The notes beneath the pieces were generated by a model, which ran no database searches, had not been told where the DNA came from, and worked only from the letters and a program-made list of their open reading frames with translations. Both the position numbers and the translations under genes were made by a program. Shown here in pieces: positions 60,172 through 64,000 of a stretch of 64,000 nucleotides of DNA (its first letter is position 1; each line of letters begins with the position of its first letter). Origin of the DNA: Nitrospirota bacterium (GTDB taxonomy: Bacteria; Nitrospirota; UBA9217). The stretch is taken from NCBI GenBank assembly GCA_963840455.1, contig CAWIYV010000011.1:256001-320000 (forward strand), read 5' to 3'.

Positions 60172-61905
60172 CTAGAATTCCTCGAACTCCGCATCCCTGC
60201 TGTCGCCGTTCTTCCCCTTCTTGCCGTTGCCTCCCCCATGCGTTCCCAGGTCAAGGTGCACACCCGCGGTCCTGCTTCCCGCGTGGGCATAGGCCATTTC
60301 GGGCCGCGGCTGACACGGACGGGCGGTCTGCACGTGGTCAAGCGCCTTGACCTTTGTCGGTGATGACGGCAGCTCAGGACCGGTGGTCCCGCCGTTCCCG
60401 TTGATCTTGAAGAAGGAAATGGTCTTGAGCAGCACATCGGCCTGTGAAGAAAGTTCCTGGGACGTGGAGGATATCTCCTCGGCGGCCCCGGCGTTCTGCT
60501 GGATCACGTGGTTCAGCTGCTGGATCGACGAGTTGATCTGGTCCGTGCCTGAGGCCTGCTCCTTGGAGGCAGCGGTGATCTCCTGCACCAGCTCCGCGGT
60601 CTTCTGGATGTCGGGCACCAGCTTCATGAGCATCGTTCCGGCGCGCTCGGCGACGTCCACGCTCGAGCCGGAAAGATGGCCGATCTCCACGGCCGCCGTG
60701 TGGCTCCGCTCAGCGAGCTTCCGCACCTCGGCGGCCACCACGGCGAAGCCCCTGCCGTGCTCGCCTGCCCGGGCCGCTTCGATGGCGGCGTTCAGGGCAA
60801 GCAGGTTCGTCTGGCGCGCGATCTCCTCGATGATCGTGATCTTCTCGGCGATGTTCTTCATGGCGTGGACCGCCTCGGCGACCGCCTTGCCGCTCTCCAA
60901 TGCGTCCGCCGCCGATTTAAGGGCGATCTTCTCGGTCATCATGGCGTTGTCCGCGTTCTGCTTGATCGTTGCGTGCATCTCCTCGACCGACGACGAGGCC
61001 TCCTCGGCCGACGCCGCCTGCTCCGTGGTCCGCTGCGAGACCATTTCGGCGCCATGGGACAGCCGGACGCTGCCTTCCGCCACGGTTCCAGCCGCGGCCT
61101 TCACGCCGGCCACGATGCCCTGCATCCTGCCCACCATGTTCTTCATGGCCAGAAGCACCTGCCCGGTCTCATCGCGGTTCTGCACCTCGATGTTCACCGT
61201 CAGGTCTCCCTCTGCCAGGCTGTTGGACACCCGCACAGCCTCATTCAGCGCGCGGATCGTGTTCTTCGTGATCATCATGCTGACGAGAAGGATCACAGCC
61301 ACAATAGCGGCCGTGACCACGATATACTTTGCCGCCTCCTTCATGAACACGGCATGGACGTCGTCGAGGTAGATGCCGGAGCCGATGATCCAGCCCCAGG
61401 GAGCGAAGCCCTTTACGTAGGAGATCTTCGGAACCGGGTCCTTGAAGTTCGGCTTCGGCCAGAGATAATCTACGAATCCGGCGCCGTTCGCCTTCACCAT
61501 GTCCACGAAGACGATGAAAAGCCGTTTGCCGTTGGCGTCCTTATAATCGGACAGGTCCTTGCCGTCGAGCTCGCTCTTGTAGGGGTCCATGATCATAATG
61601 CGATCCATGTCGTTGATCCAGAAATATTCCTTCTCCCCGTAGCGAAGCTTTTTGACCAGTTCGACGACCGCGTACTGCGCCTCCGCTGTCGTCATTGTGC
61701 CTTGCTTCGCAAGGCCTTCGTAATGCTCGAGAATGCCGTAGACCGACTCGACCACATTCTTGGTCTTCACCTTCCGGTCCTCGAAGAGCTCCCTCTTCAT
61801 CGTGAAGAGTGAGAGCATGATGACCGCAGCGATGCCCACCAGCATCAGCCCGATAATGAAGAGTATCTTTGTTCTGAACTTCCTGCCCTTCTGGATTAGC
61901 TTCAT
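60172..61905 (-). CDS. Methyl-accepting chemotaxis protein (sCache_2 + HAMP)
   Basis: TM-Cache (YFWIND, DANGK, YLWPKP, PKISY)-TM; [27 protein letters not shown]; C-terminal EFEEF pentapeptide. Confidence 0.95.
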   Translation of the reverse strand: MKLIQKGRKFRTKILFIIGLMLVGIAAVIMLSLFTMKRELFEDRKVKTKNVVESVYGILEHYEGLAKQGTMTTAEAQYAVVELVKKLRYGEKEYFWINDMDRIMIMDPYKSELDGKDLSDYKDANGKRLFIVFVDMVKANGAGFVDYLWPKPNFKDPVPKISYVKGFAPWGWIIGSGIYLDDVHAVFMKEAAKYIVVTAAIVAVILLVSMMITKNTIRALNEAVRVSNSLAEGDLTVNIEVQNRDETGQVLLAMKNMVGRMQGIVAGVKAAAGTVAEGSVRLSHGAEMVSQRTTEQAASAEEASSSVEEMHATIKQNADNAMMTEKIALKSAADALESGKAVAEAVHAMKNIAEKITIIEEIARQTNLLALNAAIEAARAGEHGRGFAVVAAEVRKLAERSHTAAVEIGHLSGSSVDVAERAGTMLMKLVPDIQKTAELVQEITAASKEQASGTDQINSSIQQLNHVIQQNAGAAEEISSTSQELSSQADVLLKTISFFKINGNGGTTGPELPSSPTKVKALDHVQTARPCQPRPEMAYAHAGSRTAGVHLDLGTHGGGNGKKGKNGDSRDAEFEEF

Positions 61906-61963
61906 AGCTGCCTCCCGGTAACTTCGGGCAACGCCGGCAAATGCGCGACGGCGCGAGGATCGA

Positions 61964-62479
61964 TCACGTGCTCTGCTGCGGGGCCATCTCGGCGTTCTTG
62001 CGGAGCTCCTGAACCAGGTCGATCTCGTCAGAGGAGAACACGCGGTCAATATCGAGGATGATGTTGAACCGGTCGTTCTGACGGCCCATCCCCTTGATGA
62101 ACCCGGTATCGAGCTTCGTCCCGATGCGGGGTGCCGGCTTGATGCTCTCTTGATCGAGCTCGAGCACTTCCTGCACCGAGTCAGCGAGCAGGCCCAGCAC
62201 CGCCGGTTCATCGTTGACGATCGCCTCAACGATGATGATGCAGGTGCTCACGGTCACGCCCGCAGCAGGCATCCCGAACTTGAGCCGCAGGTCCACGACC
62301 GGGACCACGCTCCCCCGGAGATTGATCACACCCTGCAGGTATTCCGGCATGCGCGGCACCCGGGTGATGACCGTGTAATCCAGCACCTCGCGCACCTTGC
62401 TGATCTCCAGGGAGAATACCTCCTCCCCGAGCAGGAAGGCCAGGTACTGGGTCAATGCATGGACTGTCGGTGCGTTCAT
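61964..62479 (-). CDS. cheW: Chemotaxis coupling protein CheW
   Basis: [25 protein letters not shown]. Confidence 0.93.
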   Translation of the reverse strand: MNAPTVHALTQYLAFLLGEEVFSLEISKVREVLDYTVITRVPRMPEYLQGVINLRGSVVPVVDLRLKFGMPAAGVTVSTCIIIVEAIVNDEPAVLGLLADSVQEVLELDQESIKPAPRIGTKLDTGFIKGMGRQNDRFNIILDIDRVFSSDEIDLVQELRKNAEMAPQQST

Positions 62480-62503
62480 CGAGATCTCCCTTTGCTGCGG
62501 CGC

Positions 62504-63292
62504 TCAGCCCACCGCTCTCATGCCCGCCGCAGCGCATCCTGCCGCCAGCCACTGACCGGCTGGCCGTGGACGGCCGAGATAGTATCCCTGGGACATGGGG
62601 ACGCTCAGCGCCTTCATGGTCGCGAACTCCCCTGCCGTTTCGATCCCTTCGGCTATAAGCCGGGCGCCCATGCGCTCGGCCATGCGCGCCATGCTGTCCA
62701 CCAGAAGCTGCTTCCGTGGATTCCGGTCGATGTCCTGCACGAAGATCCGGTCCATCTTCAGGAACTCGGGCTCCAGGCAGAGCAGATGATAGAGATAGGG
62801 GGACCGGACGCCGATGTCATCGAGCGCAACGCGGATGCCGGCCTGCTGCAAGCGACGGATGCACCGTACCAGGTCCTCGGTCATCGCGTAGTTTGTTGTT
62901 TCCGACACCTCGAAGACGATGCGGCCGGGATCGATCCTCAGCATGCCCAGCAAGCCGGTGAACTCGCCGAGCAGTGTGGTCAGCTGGATGAGCGTCGAGC
63001 CCAGGATATTGATGAAGAGCAGGGCGTCGTTCGGAAGGTTCCTGCCGGTCCTGACCGCCGAGTCGATGCAGGCGCGGTCCAGTTTGAGGCGGACGTTCTC
63101 CGGGAGATAACCCACCTCGTTGAAGAGACGGCCGGGATCCGCCAGCGGCGTGTCCTCCGGGCCCCGGAGCAGCGACTCATAGCCGATGGCCTGCCCCGAA
63201 CCCGTATCGACGATGGGCTGGAACGCCGTTGAGTAGAATCCCCGGAGCATGAGGCTGTCGATGCTGCCGATAAGATCGTCAGGCGTTCTCAT
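62504..63292 (-). CDS. Stand-alone EAL-domain protein
   Basis: FQPI, YESLLR, FIN, EVSE, LDDIG, LKMD, AEGIE, QGY. Confidence 0.9.
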   Translation of the reverse strand: MRTPDDLIGSIDSLMLRGFYSTAFQPIVDTGSGQAIGYESLLRGPEDTPLADPGRLFNEVGYLPENVRLKLDRACIDSAVRTGRNLPNDALLFINILGSTLIQLTTLLGEFTGLLGMLRIDPGRIVFEVSETTNYAMTEDLVRCIRRLQQAGIRVALDDIGVRSPYLYHLLCLEPEFLKMDRIFVQDIDRNPRKQLLVDSMARMAERMGARLIAEGIETAGEFATMKALSVPMSQGYYLGRPRPAGQWLAAGCAAAGMRAVG

Positions 63293-63665
63293 GGTCCATC
63301 ACTCCCAGCGCGCTCAGGGCCACAGACAGGGTCTTGTACGAAACCGGCTTCTCGAAATAGTAATCCGCCTGAAGGTGATAGGCCTCCTTCATGACATCGG
63401 GGCCGCCGAATCCGGTCATGATGATGACCTTGGTGTTGCCGTCGCGTCCCTTGATGAAATCCAGGATCGCCAGGCCTTCACGGGACAGGATGCCGCCGAG
63501 GCGGATGTCGGCGATCACCGCGTCATAATCGGCGGCCTTCAGGAGTTCGATCGCCTGCTCGTAGGTCTCGGCAGTATCCACCCGGACCCCTGGTCCATGC
63601 AGCATCTTTCTCATGGGAAGCAGAAATGCGACCTCGTCGTCGACAAGCAGGATGTTCCTATTCAT
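63279..63665 (-). CDS. Single-domain response regulator
   Basis: LLVDDE, IADIRL, MTG, EKP. Confidence 0.88.
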   Translation of the reverse strand: MNRNILLVDDEVAFLLPMRKMLHGPGVRVDTAETYEQAIELLKAADYDAVIADIRLGGILSREGLAILDFIKGRDGNTKVIIMTGFGGPDVMKEAYHLQADYYFEKPVSYKTLSVALSALGVMDHENA

Positions 63666-63707
63666 GGAAACCCCTCCCTTTGAACACGCACTCATGATCA
63701 TCATAAG

Positions 63708-63826
63708 AGCAAGGTGCGTGCCATGTGAAGAGAAGGGCTTGAACCGTTATTATTCAATAAGTTATGGTTGGATGGCTCGGGAGGAAGTCTCACCGGTGAA
63801 ACAGGGGGCAGTCTCACGCGTGAGAT
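63708..63826 (-). promoter_or_regulatory. sigma54 promoter with two upstream palindromic enhancer-like sites
   Basis: TGGCACGCACCTTGCT (63723-63708); GTCTCAC-cg-GTGAAAC 63787-63802 and GTCTCAC-gc-GTGAGAT 63811-63826; IHF-like AT tract at about 63750-63765. Confidence 0.75.
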
Positions 63827-64000
63827 AGTGTTTGCATGCCAGCGGGAGTGGAGAGTATGGTCATGGAACGGAAGGCCGGCGACGATGAGACAACATGCGA
63901 TCTGAAACAAAAAAAACGTATTTTATCGAGAAGGTGGGAAGCGCTTCAACCATCATCCCCGAACGCTTCTATCGGGGGGCCAAATAGGACCAAGACATCA

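Overview
64 kb of a GC-rich bacterial chromosome. The gene content suggests an anaerobic Nitrospirota- or Desulfobacterota-like organism (inference only). A housekeeping backbone (rho-rpmE-DUF1385-prfA-prmC-murA-hisD-hisG; tatD/rSAM-metG-PSP1-holB-tmk; glgC; DAHP synthase; tsaD) is interleaved with accessory blocks: a PAS-kinase/NarL/RpoS-like sigma cluster, a chrBA operon with a chrB frameshift, an AT-rich patch holding a single integron-type cassette with a 59-bp attC, a sigma54-driven sulfur-assimilation cluster, metal-binding secreted proteins, a phosphate-starvation island and a sigma54 EAL/CheW/MCP operon. Best candidates for undescribed biology: (1) a stand-alone, highly structured ~340-nt non-coding RNA at 34.8-35.1 kb, closed by a 28-bp stem whose only non-Watson-Crick pairs are G-U; (2) a PhoB island in which four Pho-box promoters precede a GT21 ceramide-glucosyltransferase-like enzyme, a GH1 glucosidase, a PHP phosphoesterase, a receiver-kinase and pstS, suggesting an undescribed phosphorus-free glycolipid remodelling system; (3) a multi-copy TTGAA...TTCAA hairpin element resembling non-autonomous IS200/IS605 derivatives. 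All calls come from reading the sequence by eye; no database searches were run.
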